From NCBI GenBank assembly GCA_049606355.1, contig JBMYVL010000007.1:55406-87405 (forward strand): 32,000 nucleotides of DNA, written 5' to 3'. Both the position numbers and the translations under genes were made by a program. Every line of letters begins with the position of its first letter. The stretch's first letter is position 1. The notes under the pieces were generated by a model. The model was not told the origin of the DNA. It saw nothing but the letters and a program-made list of their open reading frames with translations, and ran no database searches. The DNA comes from Opitutales bacterium. Lineage in GTDB: Bacteria; Verrucomicrobiota; Verrucomicrobiia; Opitutales; Coraliomargaritaceae. Below are positions 9,174-17,911 of this stretch, in pieces.

Positions 9174-10721
9174 TTAGCGCCGCTTGTGGCTGCCTTTATT
9201 ATGCGCCGCTTTGACCTGCGCGATGCGCTTGCGCTGCTCCGGATGTTTTTTCTCAAAGGCCTTATCCCCTTGCTTCCGGCGCCGGTGCTGATCCTGAACT
9301 TCTCGGCTCTGGCGTGGAGCACCCTCACCCTCGCCCTCTGCATAGCGTTTCTCTTTACCGACTAAGTCAAAGCGCACGGGGCAGCCCTTTAGCTGAAATT
9401 CGTGAATCAGGCCCTTTTCCAGATAGCGTCGGTAAGTGGGGTCGAGGCGCTCTTTGCGGTTGCAATAAAAGCGCAGGCGCAGCGGACGGCTGCCGACTTG
9501 CACCGCGTAAAAAACCTTAAAGCGTTTAATGCCGACCAATTTGGGCGCGCGTGCCTCGAACAGTTCCTGCACCAAGCGATTGAGACGACCTGTCGGCAGT
9601 TGCAGGTCAAGACTGGCTTCGATCCCCGCTGCTGCTTCGAGCAGAGACTCCACCTTAAAGCCCTTTAAGGCCGAAACAAACAAGACCGGCGGATCCGGCA
9701 GGAAGAATAGCTGCTTGCGCAGCGAGGCTTCGTAGCTGGTCAGGAAATGCTTGAGGTTTTTAAACCCGCTCACCGGTTCTTCCTCCCAACGCGCCTGGAT
9801 GGTGTCGTATTTATTAACCACCACCACGATTGCCTTGCCGGCATCCATAATATCGCCGGCCAGCGCCTGATCCTGCTTCGTCACCCCATCCGCCGCATCG
9901 ATCACGAGAAACACCACATCCGAGCGCTCCAGGGCATGCTGCGTGCGCACATTGGAAAAGTATTCCACCGGATTGCCGACCTTGCGCTTGGAGCGTAAGC
10001 CCGCAGTATCGGCGAGGCGAAACCGAATCGACTCGCCATCCTTTTGGTAGTCCAGATCCAGCTCCACGGAGTCGCGCGTGGTACCCGGCACATCGGAGAC
10101 GATCAGCCGCGTCGAGTCGAGCAGCGCATTGCCCAGCGAGGACTTGCCGACATTGGGGCGGCCCACCAGTGAGATGCGGATCCGTTTTTCCCGATCGGTG
10201 GCCGACCCCTCGGGCTTAGGGCCCAATTGCTCGGCCAGCGCCGTTTCCAAAAAATGAATCCCACGCCCGTGCTCAGCGGAGACGCGGATCGGCGCACCGA
10301 GGCCCAAGCGCGCAAAATCCTCCGCAGCGGCATCCTCTGCCTCACTGTCCACCTTGTTGGCGATCAGCAACACCTGCTTGCCATAGCGGCGCAATTTATC
10401 GGCGACCATTTCATCCAGCGCGGTAATACCGCTGCGCACATCCACCACAAAGAGCACCACCGAAGCCGCCTGCAGGGCAAACTCGACCTGATCCTCCGCT
10501 GCCGTGGCGATCGTCTTCGGGGTCATTTCCAGCTCCATACCGATACCGCCGGTGTCGAGCAGCACATAATCATCGCGAACTTCGGTGGAGATCAAATCGC
10601 GCGTTACCCCCGGCAGGTCGTGCACGATCGACATACGCTTGCCACACAGCCGGTTGAACAGGCGGCTTTTGCCCACATTGGGACGCCCGACAAGGGCAAC
10701 AGTTCTGGAGGGATCGATCAT
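9174..10721 (-). CDS. der: ribosome-biogenesis GTPase Der (EngA) with a long basic C-terminal tail
   Basis: Two tandem G domains, each with GRPNVGKS (VALVGRPNVGKSRLFN and ISLVGRPNVGKSSLGN), followed by a KH-like domain. Start trimmed to the ATG at 10721 (MIDPSRTVALVG). The Lys/Arg-rich tail is 56 aa. Confidence 0.9.
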   Translation of the reverse strand: MIDPSRTVALVGRPNVGKSRLFNRLCGKRMSIVHDLPGVTRDLISTEVRDDYVLLDTGGIGMELEMTPKTIATAAEDQVEFALQAASVVLFVVDVRSGITALDEMVADKLRRYGKQVLLIANKVDSEAEDAAAEDFARLGLGAPIRVSAEHGRGIHFLETALAEQLGPKPEGSATDREKRIRISLVGRPNVGKSSLGNALLDSTRLIVSDVPGTTRDSVELDLDYQKDGESIRFRLADTAGLRSKRKVGNPVEYFSNVRTQHALERSDVVFLVIDAADGVTKQDQALAGDIMDAGKAIVVVVNKYDTIQARWEEEPVSGFKNLKHFLTSYEASLRKQLFFLPDPPVLFVSALKGFKVESLLEAAAGIEASLDLQLPTGRLNRLVQELFEARAPKLVGIKRFKVFYAVQVGSRPLRLRFYCNRKERLDPTYRRYLEKGLIHEFQLKGCPVRFDLVGKEKRYAEGEGEGAPRQSREVQDQHRRRKQGDKAFEKKHPEQRKRIAQVKAAHNKGSHKRR

Positions 10722-10910
10722 GCAGCTGCGAGCTAGAGCCGCTCTGCACAAAAAGACAATGCCTATGTGGCGCTGCTCCGAAGTTCACTGATTTAAGTAC
10801 GTGCGGTCGTGTTAACCGCTGCAATGCTCTGCCAGAACAACTGTCCGTAAACGCAGCGGTGCACCTTTGATATACTTTTTACCCAATTACTTTTTACAAA
10901 TCGACTGAAA

Positions 10911-10950
10911 TAGCGCTGACTGCGCTACGCATTTCTACGTATCTTATAAT
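10911..10950 (+). promoter_or_regulatory. candidate promoter/operator of the prepilin-type gene
   Basis: Palindrome TAGCGC-TGACT-GCGCTA at 10911-10927 and a perfect TATAAT at 10945-10950. The TATAAT is only 14 nt before the ATG at 10965. Confidence 0.3.
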
Positions 10951-10964
10951 CTAATTGCTTACTC

Positions 10965-11696
10965 ATGGATCAGCATAAACCCCAACTTGCCTTCACCTTG
11001 ATTGAGATGGTCGGCATTCTGGCAATTATTGCCATATTAACCGGGGTGCTGGCCCCGCCCATCCTTGAGTCATTCCGCAATGAACAGATTGAGTTGACGA
11101 TTGATTCGATAAACGATGCGCGGCAAGCCGCTGCTTCTTATCAAGAGCACTACGGAGCATTTCCACTGGATACTGTGACGGCAACAAAAGGCATTATCAA
11201 TCATCGCAAGAATCCAACCGAACCGCTGCAAGTGCCCTCCACTGGCTTTGATTTTGGTGACATCTTAGTCTACCAAACATCACTTCTAGATACTGAAAAG
11301 ACCGCAATCGGAGCGGAAACCAAGGCGGACTCCGACCGCACGACAGTTAAATCATGGGCTATTGGCTGCGCAGCAATCCATTGCCGATTGACTGCTGGTG
11401 GCGGTGACAGCGGGCTTGCTTATGGAAGTGAAGGCTTTGTTTTTAAATCAGCCGAACACGCCGCATGTGTTGTCTATTACTACCTGCCAAATATAACTCG
11501 ACAAGAAGCGGCTGGATTGGGAATAAAAATGAACGGGGCCGACCCATCTAGTCTGATAGACGATGCAATCCTTGAGCAGTCACTGATTGGTAAAACTCCT
11601 GCCGAAGGCCTGCAAATTGCAGGCACTGATACGTGGTTCATCGCTAACCAACAAGGAGCGTCTTTCGACGCGTACATCTACCTTGCGCACGAGTAA
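10965..11696 (+). CDS. prepilin-type N-terminal cleavage/methylation domain protein (type IV pilin / T2SS pseudopilin-like), orphan
   Basis: N-terminus MDQHKPQLAFTLIEMVGILAIIAILTGVL is a class III signal (xFTLIE plus a hydrophobic helix). The rest has no motif I recognise. GC content is visibly lower than the flanks. Confidence 0.7.
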   Translation: MDQHKPQLAFTLIEMVGILAIIAILTGVLAPPILESFRNEQIELTIDSINDARQAAASYQEHYGAFPLDTVTATKGIINHRKNPTEPLQVPSTGFDFGDILVYQTSLLDTEKTAIGAETKADSDRTTVKSWAIGCAAIHCRLTAGGGDSGLAYGSEGFVFKSAEHAACVVYYYLPNITRQEAAGLGIKMNGADPSSLIDDAILEQSLIGKTPAEGLQIAGTDTWFIANQQGASFDAYIYLAHE

Positions 11697-11821
11697 ACGA
11701 CCGATCCCTTGCTACTCACTTTTAATTTTTTTGACGTCAACAGACAGATGGAGCGCCGAAAACGAGCTTCATTCTGAATTCAGATAACTGAAGGCTGCGC
11801 TCGGCGCCTGGAGCTGGCGGA

Positions 11822-13009
11822 CTAAGCCTTCGAGCGCACCGAATCGCCGGCAACAAAGCGCTCGATGCGATCGCAGGCCTCGAGAATGCGCTCATAACTG
11901 GTCGAAAAGCTCGCCCGCACAAAGCCGGCACCACTCTCGCCAAAGGCCGTTCCGGGCACGACCGCAACTTCCTCCTGCGCCAACAGTTCCTTACAGAAGT
12001 CGATCGATGGCTTGCCCGAGACTTGAATCGATGGGAACGCGTAGAAAGAGCCTCTCGGTGAGTGACAGTCGAGCCCCATCGCATTGAAACGACCGACGAT
12101 CAAATCGCGACGACGATGGTAGGCCTCCTTCATCTTGGCGACCGCAGGCGCGCCGTTCTTCAGCGCTTCAACCGCCGCCTCTTGCGATAGGATCGGCGCA
12201 CACAGCATGCTGTATTGATGAATCTTCATCATCGCCTCGATCAAGGGCTGCGGGCCACAGGCATAACCGATGCGGAAGCCCGTCATCGCAAAGGCCTTGG
12301 AGAAGCCATGCAGGAAAATAGTACGCTCCTGCATGCCGGGCAGTGAGGCGATACTGGTGTGCTCGCCCTCAAAGGTCAGCTCCGAGTAAATTTCGTCGCT
12401 GATGATGAGCAGGTCTTTCTCCACCGCAAATTTGGCGAGCTTTTCGAGCTTCGCCTTGTCGGTCACGCCACCGGTGGGATTGGTCGGGAAATTGAGAATC
12501 AGCACCTTGCAACCTGGCTCCCACGCCGCTGCCACACGCTCCGGATCGATGGCAAATTGATCTTCGGCCGCCGTCGCCACCCGAATGGGTTGGGCATGGG
12601 TCAACTGAATGCTGGGACTGTAGGAAACATAGCAGGGCTCGTGGTAGAGGACTTTATCCCCCGGGTTGAGCACCGCGCGCAAAGCGATGTCCAGTGCTTC
12701 CGACACACCGACTGCGACGAGCACCTCTTTTTCAGGATGATAGCTGAGCTCAAAATTCTGCTCCACATAGCGGCTGATCTCCCGGCGCAAACGCAGCAGT
12801 CCGAGATTATCGGTATAACTGGTGTGGCCCTTCTCGAGCGCAAAAATCGCCGCCTCGCGAATATGCCAAGGCGTGACGAAGTCCGGCTCACCGATCCCCA
12901 GTGAGATGGCCTGCGGCATCGCCGCGACAATGGCAAAAAAGTCACGAATCCCGGAACGTGGCAGCCCGCTGACGTGGTCGGCCACAAAACGTTGGCTGGA
13001 GCTTTCCAT
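11822..13009 (-). CDS. class I/II PLP-dependent aminotransferase (AlaT/YugH-like)
   Basis: SGIRDFF, GIGEPDFVTPWHIREA, NFPTNPTG and FSKAFAMTGFRIGY (PLP lysine) blocks. Its ATG shares one base with the stop of the upstream Lrp gene (TAATG). Confidence 0.88.
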   Translation of the reverse strand: MESSSQRFVADHVSGLPRSGIRDFFAIVAAMPQAISLGIGEPDFVTPWHIREAAIFALEKGHTSYTDNLGLLRLRREISRYVEQNFELSYHPEKEVLVAVGVSEALDIALRAVLNPGDKVLYHEPCYVSYSPSIQLTHAQPIRVATAAEDQFAIDPERVAAAWEPGCKVLILNFPTNPTGGVTDKAKLEKLAKFAVEKDLLIISDEIYSELTFEGEHTSIASLPGMQERTIFLHGFSKAFAMTGFRIGYACGPQPLIEAMMKIHQYSMLCAPILSQEAAVEALKNGAPAVAKMKEAYHRRRDLIVGRFNAMGLDCHSPRGSFYAFPSIQVSGKPSIDFCKELLAQEEVAVVPGTAFGESGAGFVRASFSTSYERILEACDRIERFVAGDSVRSKA

Positions 13010-13491
13010 TAGGGGCTGACGGCGGGCTTATCGCCGCTCTCAGTGGGTGAAAGCAACAGGTGCCCCTGCTCCTTGTAGGCGCGCAGCATGAAATGCGTCG
13101 CCGTCGACAACACCCCTTCAACACTGGCCAGACGCTCCGAAACAAAGCTGGCGACTTCACGGAGATCCTTACCCGTGGCAAAAATCAACAAGTCATAGCT
13201 GCCGGACATCAGGTAACAGGACTCGACTGCATCGAACTGGCTGATGCGCGCCGCAAGACGGTCAAAGCCACCGTCGCGCTCCGGGCTGATTTTGACTTCG
13301 ATCACCGCTCGTACGATATCCTCCTGCGCACGCTCGGGGTTGAGCACGGGGCGCCAACCCAGCAAGATATGCTCGGCTTGTAGGCGCTCGATTTCAGCGC
13401 GCACCGCGGCCTCACTCAAGTCGAGAACTTGAGCCATTTGGGCAGTGTCGAGGCGCTCACCTTCGAGAATTAGTTGCAGGACGGAACTCAT
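13009..13491 (-). CDS. Lrp/AsnC-family transcriptional regulator (AlaR/YugG-like pairing with the aminotransferase)
   Basis: 160 aa. An N-terminal HTH (LDTAQMAQVLDLSEAAVRAEIERLQ) is followed by a RAM-like domain (AVIEVKISPE...CYLMSGSYDLLIF). Confidence 0.85.
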   Translation of the reverse strand: MSSVLQLILEGERLDTAQMAQVLDLSEAAVRAEIERLQAEHILLGWRPVLNPERAQEDIVRAVIEVKISPERDGGFDRLAARISQFDAVESCYLMSGSYDLLIFATGKDLREVASFVSERLASVEGVLSTATHFMLRAYKEQGHLLLSPTESGDKPAVSP

Positions 13492-13519
13492 AAGTGTGCG
13501 AGTAAGAGCGGCTTTGTGG

Positions 13520-13539
13520 AAAAAAGCAAAATGATTTGC
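13520..13539 (-). terminator. weak candidate terminator after the OleB-like gene
   Basis: Minus strand reads GCAAA-TCAT-TTTGC followed by TTTTTT. The stem is only 5 bp and AT-rich. Confidence 0.3.
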
Positions 13540-13575
13540 GCACCTCCCCAGGGCGCGCCGACCGTCCGAGGCAAC

Positions 13576-14466
13576 TTAGGCATCCAGAAAACCTTGAATC
13601 CGGGTGGCCACTTCAAGACCGCCATCCTCTAAAATATAATGCCCGTACTTCGGGAAGTACTCCAGCGCCGCCTGCGGAAAGATCGTCTGCCAGCGCTTGA
13701 GGAAATGACGATTGAAGCAGAAATCCTTACCGCCCCAGACGATCTGAATCGCTTTGTCCGCCAATTGCGGCAACTGCCTTTCAACTTCCTGAAGTGTGGC
13801 ATAACTCGGATGTCCCGCCCGCAGCGGGATATCTTTAACAAAATGCCAATTCGCCACCCGCGTCGCCCAGCTACGGTAGGGCCAGAGGAGGCCACGCTTG
13901 ACCGCGGGCGACAGTGGAATCCGCACCGACATCGTAGCGGCGGGACCCGCGAACCCGTTGAGCCCACGGATCATCCACTCGCCGATCCAAGGGAGCTTCA
14001 CGGCGGCAATCCGCCACGGGATCCGCTTTGAACAAAATGCCGCGGTATTCAGCAGCACTAGCTTGTGCACTGCGTCCGGGCGGCGCCCGGCGAGACCGCA
14101 ACCAATCGCCCCCCCCCAGTCGTGCACGATCAGGCTGAAGCGTTCGATCGCAAGGTGATCCATCAAGCAAGCGACATCGTCGATACGCTGCTTGAGGGTG
14201 TACGGGTAGCTCGCAGGCTTATCCGATAACCCACAACCGATGTGGTCCGGCACGATGCAGCGGTAGCCCGCGGCGCTGAGTTTATTGACTAAACCGCGAT
14301 AATAAAAGGACCAGGTCGGGTTGCCGTGCAACATAAGGACCACGGGGCCCGAGCCTTCGTCCAAATAGTGCAGTTTCGCACCCGAGGGTAGGTCCAGTAG
14401 GTTGCCCGAGTACGGATACTCCTCACGGACCTCAACCGGCAATTCAGACGCTCGTGAACGGATCAT
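13576..14466 (-). CDS. alpha/beta-fold hydrolase, haloalkane-dehalogenase-like (OleB-like)
   Basis: HGNPTWSFYYR and the nucleophile-elbow block LIVHDWGGAIG are typical of HLD/OleB-type hydrolases. ATG at 14466 was preferred because it forms an ATGA overlap with the upstream stop; the listed GTG is at 14478. Confidence 0.8.
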   Translation of the reverse strand: MIRSRASELPVEVREEYPYSGNLLDLPSGAKLHYLDEGSGPVVLMLHGNPTWSFYYRGLVNKLSAAGYRCIVPDHIGCGLSDKPASYPYTLKQRIDDVACLMDHLAIERFSLIVHDWGGAIGCGLAGRRPDAVHKLVLLNTAAFCSKRIPWRIAAVKLPWIGEWMIRGLNGFAGPAATMSVRIPLSPAVKRGLLWPYRSWATRVANWHFVKDIPLRAGHPSYATLQEVERQLPQLADKAIQIVWGGKDFCFNRHFLKRWQTIFPQAALEYFPKYGHYILEDGGLEVATRIQGFLDA

Positions 14467-15503
14467 GAATCGGGCCACTCCAGTGCCAGCATTAAACTAC
14501 TCAAGCCACTGCCGATGCCGAGCAGCGCGGCCTTTTGACCGGGGCCGTAGGCACCCGCCTCGATTGCCTGCGCCAAGGTGATCGGGCACGAAACCGAACC
14601 CACATTTCCCAAGGTCTCAAAGGTGGTGTAATCCTTGGCTAAATCGAGCCCCAGCGCCTTGAAGAGCTCGCGGGTGTGCGCCTTGCCGACTTGGTGAGTG
14701 ATCACCCGATCCGGCGTCGCAGCCGTCCAACCGGTAGCGTCGGTGAAGCGTTGCCACGCGCGCGTCGCCACGCCGATGCCGGCCGCCAACAGGGCTTCCG
14801 AATCCGTCAACATTTCCAAAGCATCCCCGGAGGTGTCCCCTTCGCACAGCGCGTTGTGCGAGGTGTCCGTCTCGCACACTGCCGCGCGTAGTGAGGGTTT
14901 GGATACATCCGTCAACTCTTTGCGACACACGACCGCTGCCACCGCCCCAGCGCCGATCGTCAAATTCGCAAAATAGGGTTTAATGGTCTGGCGCGTCAGT
15001 TCCGGATGGTGCAATTGCTGAATGGTATGCTCCACCAACGGTCGCCCATTTTCCCCGGAGCAAATGAGTGCGCGCTCGATTTGACCGCTCTCGATCATGC
15101 TACCCGCGACCACCAATGCGTTGAGGAAGCCTAAGCAGGCATTCGAAAGGTCAAAGATCTGGGTGCCGCCGGACAGCCCGAGTAAGCCGTGCACATAGGA
15201 GGCCGTCGCCGGCTCCAAGCGGTCGCGGCAGACTGCCGAATGGATCAATAAATCGATCGACTCACGCGGAAAAGCGGACTGTGCCAACACCGCCTCACCG
15301 GCTTGCGCCGAAGCGGCCGATGCCGTCGTGCCGGCAGGCCAAAAACGCCGCTCCTTAATGCCGGTCATCAGCTCCAAACGCCCTTGCGGTAAGCGCAAGC
15401 GCTCATACACCGGTGCCAACTTTGCCTCGATCGCAGCGGAAGTCCACACTTCCTCCGGAAGTGCCGTAGCAATGGACTCAATGACGACGTTGTTAAAATT
15501 CAC
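14463..15503 (-). CDS. KAS III-family thiolase-fold condensing enzyme (OleA-like / FabH-like)
   Basis: Candidate Cys-His-Asn triad in FDLSNACLGF, VITHQVGK and LGNVGSVS. The C-terminus LLGIGSGLSSLMLALEW resembles OleA rather than the FabH GGGFTWG ending. GTG start. Confidence 0.8.
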   Translation of the reverse strand: MNFNNVVIESIATALPEEVWTSAAIEAKLAPVYERLRLPQGRLELMTGIKERRFWPAGTTASAASAQAGEAVLAQSAFPRESIDLLIHSAVCRDRLEPATASYVHGLLGLSGGTQIFDLSNACLGFLNALVVAGSMIESGQIERALICSGENGRPLVEHTIQQLHHPELTRQTIKPYFANLTIGAGAVAAVVCRKELTDVSKPSLRAAVCETDTSHNALCEGDTSGDALEMLTDSEALLAAGIGVATRAWQRFTDATGWTAATPDRVITHQVGKAHTRELFKALGLDLAKDYTTFETLGNVGSVSCPITLAQAIEAGAYGPGQKAALLGIGSGLSSLMLALEWPDS

Positions 15504-15621
15504 GACCTAGGGTTACGCGATGCGGCTTAGAGGTTGCGAGGTTTTTCTCGCGACGAGTCTGCTTGCGAGGCCGACGTCTTCAACAAGCCTTCCTGCAAGA
15601 CATCCTCGTCCACATAAATAC

Positions 15622-16418
15622 CTAGCTTCGCATGGCATCCGCGATCACATCCTTATCGAAGTAATTTCGATCCATCCCGGCATTAACCACGATGCCTTGG
15701 CCATTGATACCGCTCGAGGCGGGGCTCAACAGGAAGAGTGCCGTATTGGCGACTTCCTGAGTGGTGAGGTTCTGTTTCCGCAAGGTCAGTTTCTCCGCAT
15801 ACAGGTAGCTCTCGATGTATCCCGGAATACCCGCCGAGGCACTGGTTTTGAGTGGACCCGCGTTGACGGTGTTGAAGCGCACGCCGCTATCGTTACTAAA
15901 GGACTTGGCCAAATTATACGAGCAGGTCTCCAGCGCCGCCTTAATCGGTGCCATGTAGCCGTAATTTTCCGCGGTTACATCGGTTGAGGAAATACCGATC
16001 GACACCACCGAAGCGTCCGTAGCCAGATACGGCTTGAAGGCATTCGCGACCTCCACCAGCGAAAACGCCGAAATCGACGTCGCTTGCAGGAAGTCCTTCC
16101 GCAGGGTTTCATGAAAGGGTTTGAAACCGTCCGAGTAGTTGGCAAAGGCGATCGAGTGTACGATCCCATCCAGTGGGCCGTGGTCGGTGCCCACGTCCTT
16201 CGCTAGGGCTGCGATCTGCTCGGGGAATTCCACATCGCAGAGGTAGGCTTTGCGGTCGCCAAACAGCTTTTGCAAGCTCTCCAGCCGCGCCGGCGAGCGC
16301 ACGCTGTGGATCACTTCCGCGCCCTCGGCTTCGAGCGACTGGGTAATCGCCCATGCGACGCTCTTACGATTCGCCACTCCCATAACGAGGAAGCGCTTGC
16401 CTTGTAGCCCTAAGAAAC

Positions 16419-16422
<4 letters not shown>
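15622..16422 (-). CDS. fabI: enoyl-ACP reductase (NADH), FabI type
   Basis: MSFLGLQGKRFLVMGVANRKSVAWAI is the FabI N-terminus. An SDR fold with a Y...K active-site region follows (YGYMAPIKAALE). The GTG start overlaps the FabZ-like stop (GTGA). Confidence 0.88.
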
Positions 16423-16862
<440 letters not shown>

Positions 16863-16924
16863 GCCAGCAGTGAATGCTGAATTGGGCGGAATGCACGCAA
16901 GAAATGTCGCGCACAGCGCAAAAG

Positions 16925-17911
16925 CTAAACGCGCTCGAGCAGGGCCGTGGCCGCAGCGAGGCCGGACAAGGCCGCACCTTCAACCCGCGGCCCGCCAAAC
17001 GCATCGCCTGCCAAGACGACATTCAATGCCTCGACCGCAAAATACGGCTGCGGCCAGGGATTCAGCGGCAGGGTGAAGCCCCACCGGTGACAGCAGAAGT
17101 CCACCACAGCACCCGGAATAAATTCCTGCGCAGCAGCAAGCATGAGTTGACCGCGCACGGCATCACTCGAGTGCCAATGTGCCGCGGCGAATTCGGGGGT
17201 AGCGTGTAAGGTCAATGCAGTCACTTCCGGCGAGATGCCCTTCATCTGGTTATCAGCGATCCATGCCAGCGGCCCTGTGCTCGGCTTGATCGCGCCCGGA
17301 TCGGGGATGCGACTGGGAGCATCGAGAATCGCCAGCGTGGCCAGACCTTTGGCATAACGACAGTGTTGCAAGTGGGGCAACTGCTGGCCCGCCCAATTCA
17401 GTCCAGTTGTCGCCATCAGTAGCAAGGCCTGCGGTAAGGGTGTCGTCAAAATAAGTTGTTCGGCGGTAAAGCTACGGTCTTGTTGGGAGCGAGCGATCCA
17501 GCGATCATTGGTGCGTACCAAAGAGTCGATCTTTTCACCGCTGCGGACATCGAGTGTTGCCGCCAAATACTTCGGAAGCGCATTCATCCCGGAAACTCCA
17601 CAATAACGCGGGTACCCCGCCGGGTTGTTATCCCAGGGTGCCTGCCGAAACCACTCGCGAATCACTCCGGCAGCGAGCCAACGCTCAACATAAGGCTGCA
17701 GGCGCGGGTCGCGCACGGTAAAAAACTGCGCGCCATGGTCGATCCGTGCGCCGCTCATGAGGCGCGTCGATAGCCGCCCGCCGACACCGCGCCCCTTATC
17801 CACCACCAGGACACGCGCCCCCTGTGCTTGCAACTCAGTCGCGCACAGCAAGCCCGAAATCCCGGCACCGATGATCAGTACATCGACCGCATCACGATTC
17901 ACCATCTGCAT
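16925..17911 (-). CDS. NAD(P)/FAD-dependent oxidoreductase (COG3380 / renalase- or amine-oxidase-like)
   Basis: The dinucleotide fold VDVLIIGAGISGLLCATELQAQGARVLVVDKGRGVGGR lies near the N-terminus. Start trimmed to ATG 17911 (or 17905); either overlaps the upstream stop at 17892-17894. Confidence 0.72.
   Translation of the reverse strand: MQMVNRDAVDVLIIGAGISGLLCATELQAQGARVLVVDKGRGVGGRLSTRLMSGARIDHGAQFFTVRDPRLQPYVERWLAAGVIREWFRQAPWDNNPAGYPRYCGVSGMNALPKYLAATLDVRSGEKIDSLVRTNDRWIARSQQDRSFTAEQLILTTPLPQALLLMATTGLNWAGQQLPHLQHCRYAKGLATLAILDAPSRIPDPGAIKPSTGPLAWIADNQMKGISPEVTALTLHATPEFAAAHWHSSDAVRGQLMLAAAQEFIPGAVVDFCCHRWGFTLPLNPWPQPYFAVEALNVVLAGDAFGGPRVEGAALSGLAAATALLERV

Noticed and set aside
10227-10736. 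169-aa ORF antisense to der
   Set aside because: It lies wholly inside the der G domains and has no recognisable motif.
12359-12904. 181-aa ORF antisense to the AlaT-like aminotransferase
   Set aside because: It lies inside a confidently called PLP enzyme gene, has a GTG start and shows no motif.
15520-15987. 155-aa plus-strand ORF starting in the FabI/OleA-like spacer
   Set aside because: Most of it is antisense to fabI. It is Arg-rich with no motif. The 118-nt spacer itself shows only weak, non-terminator hairpins.
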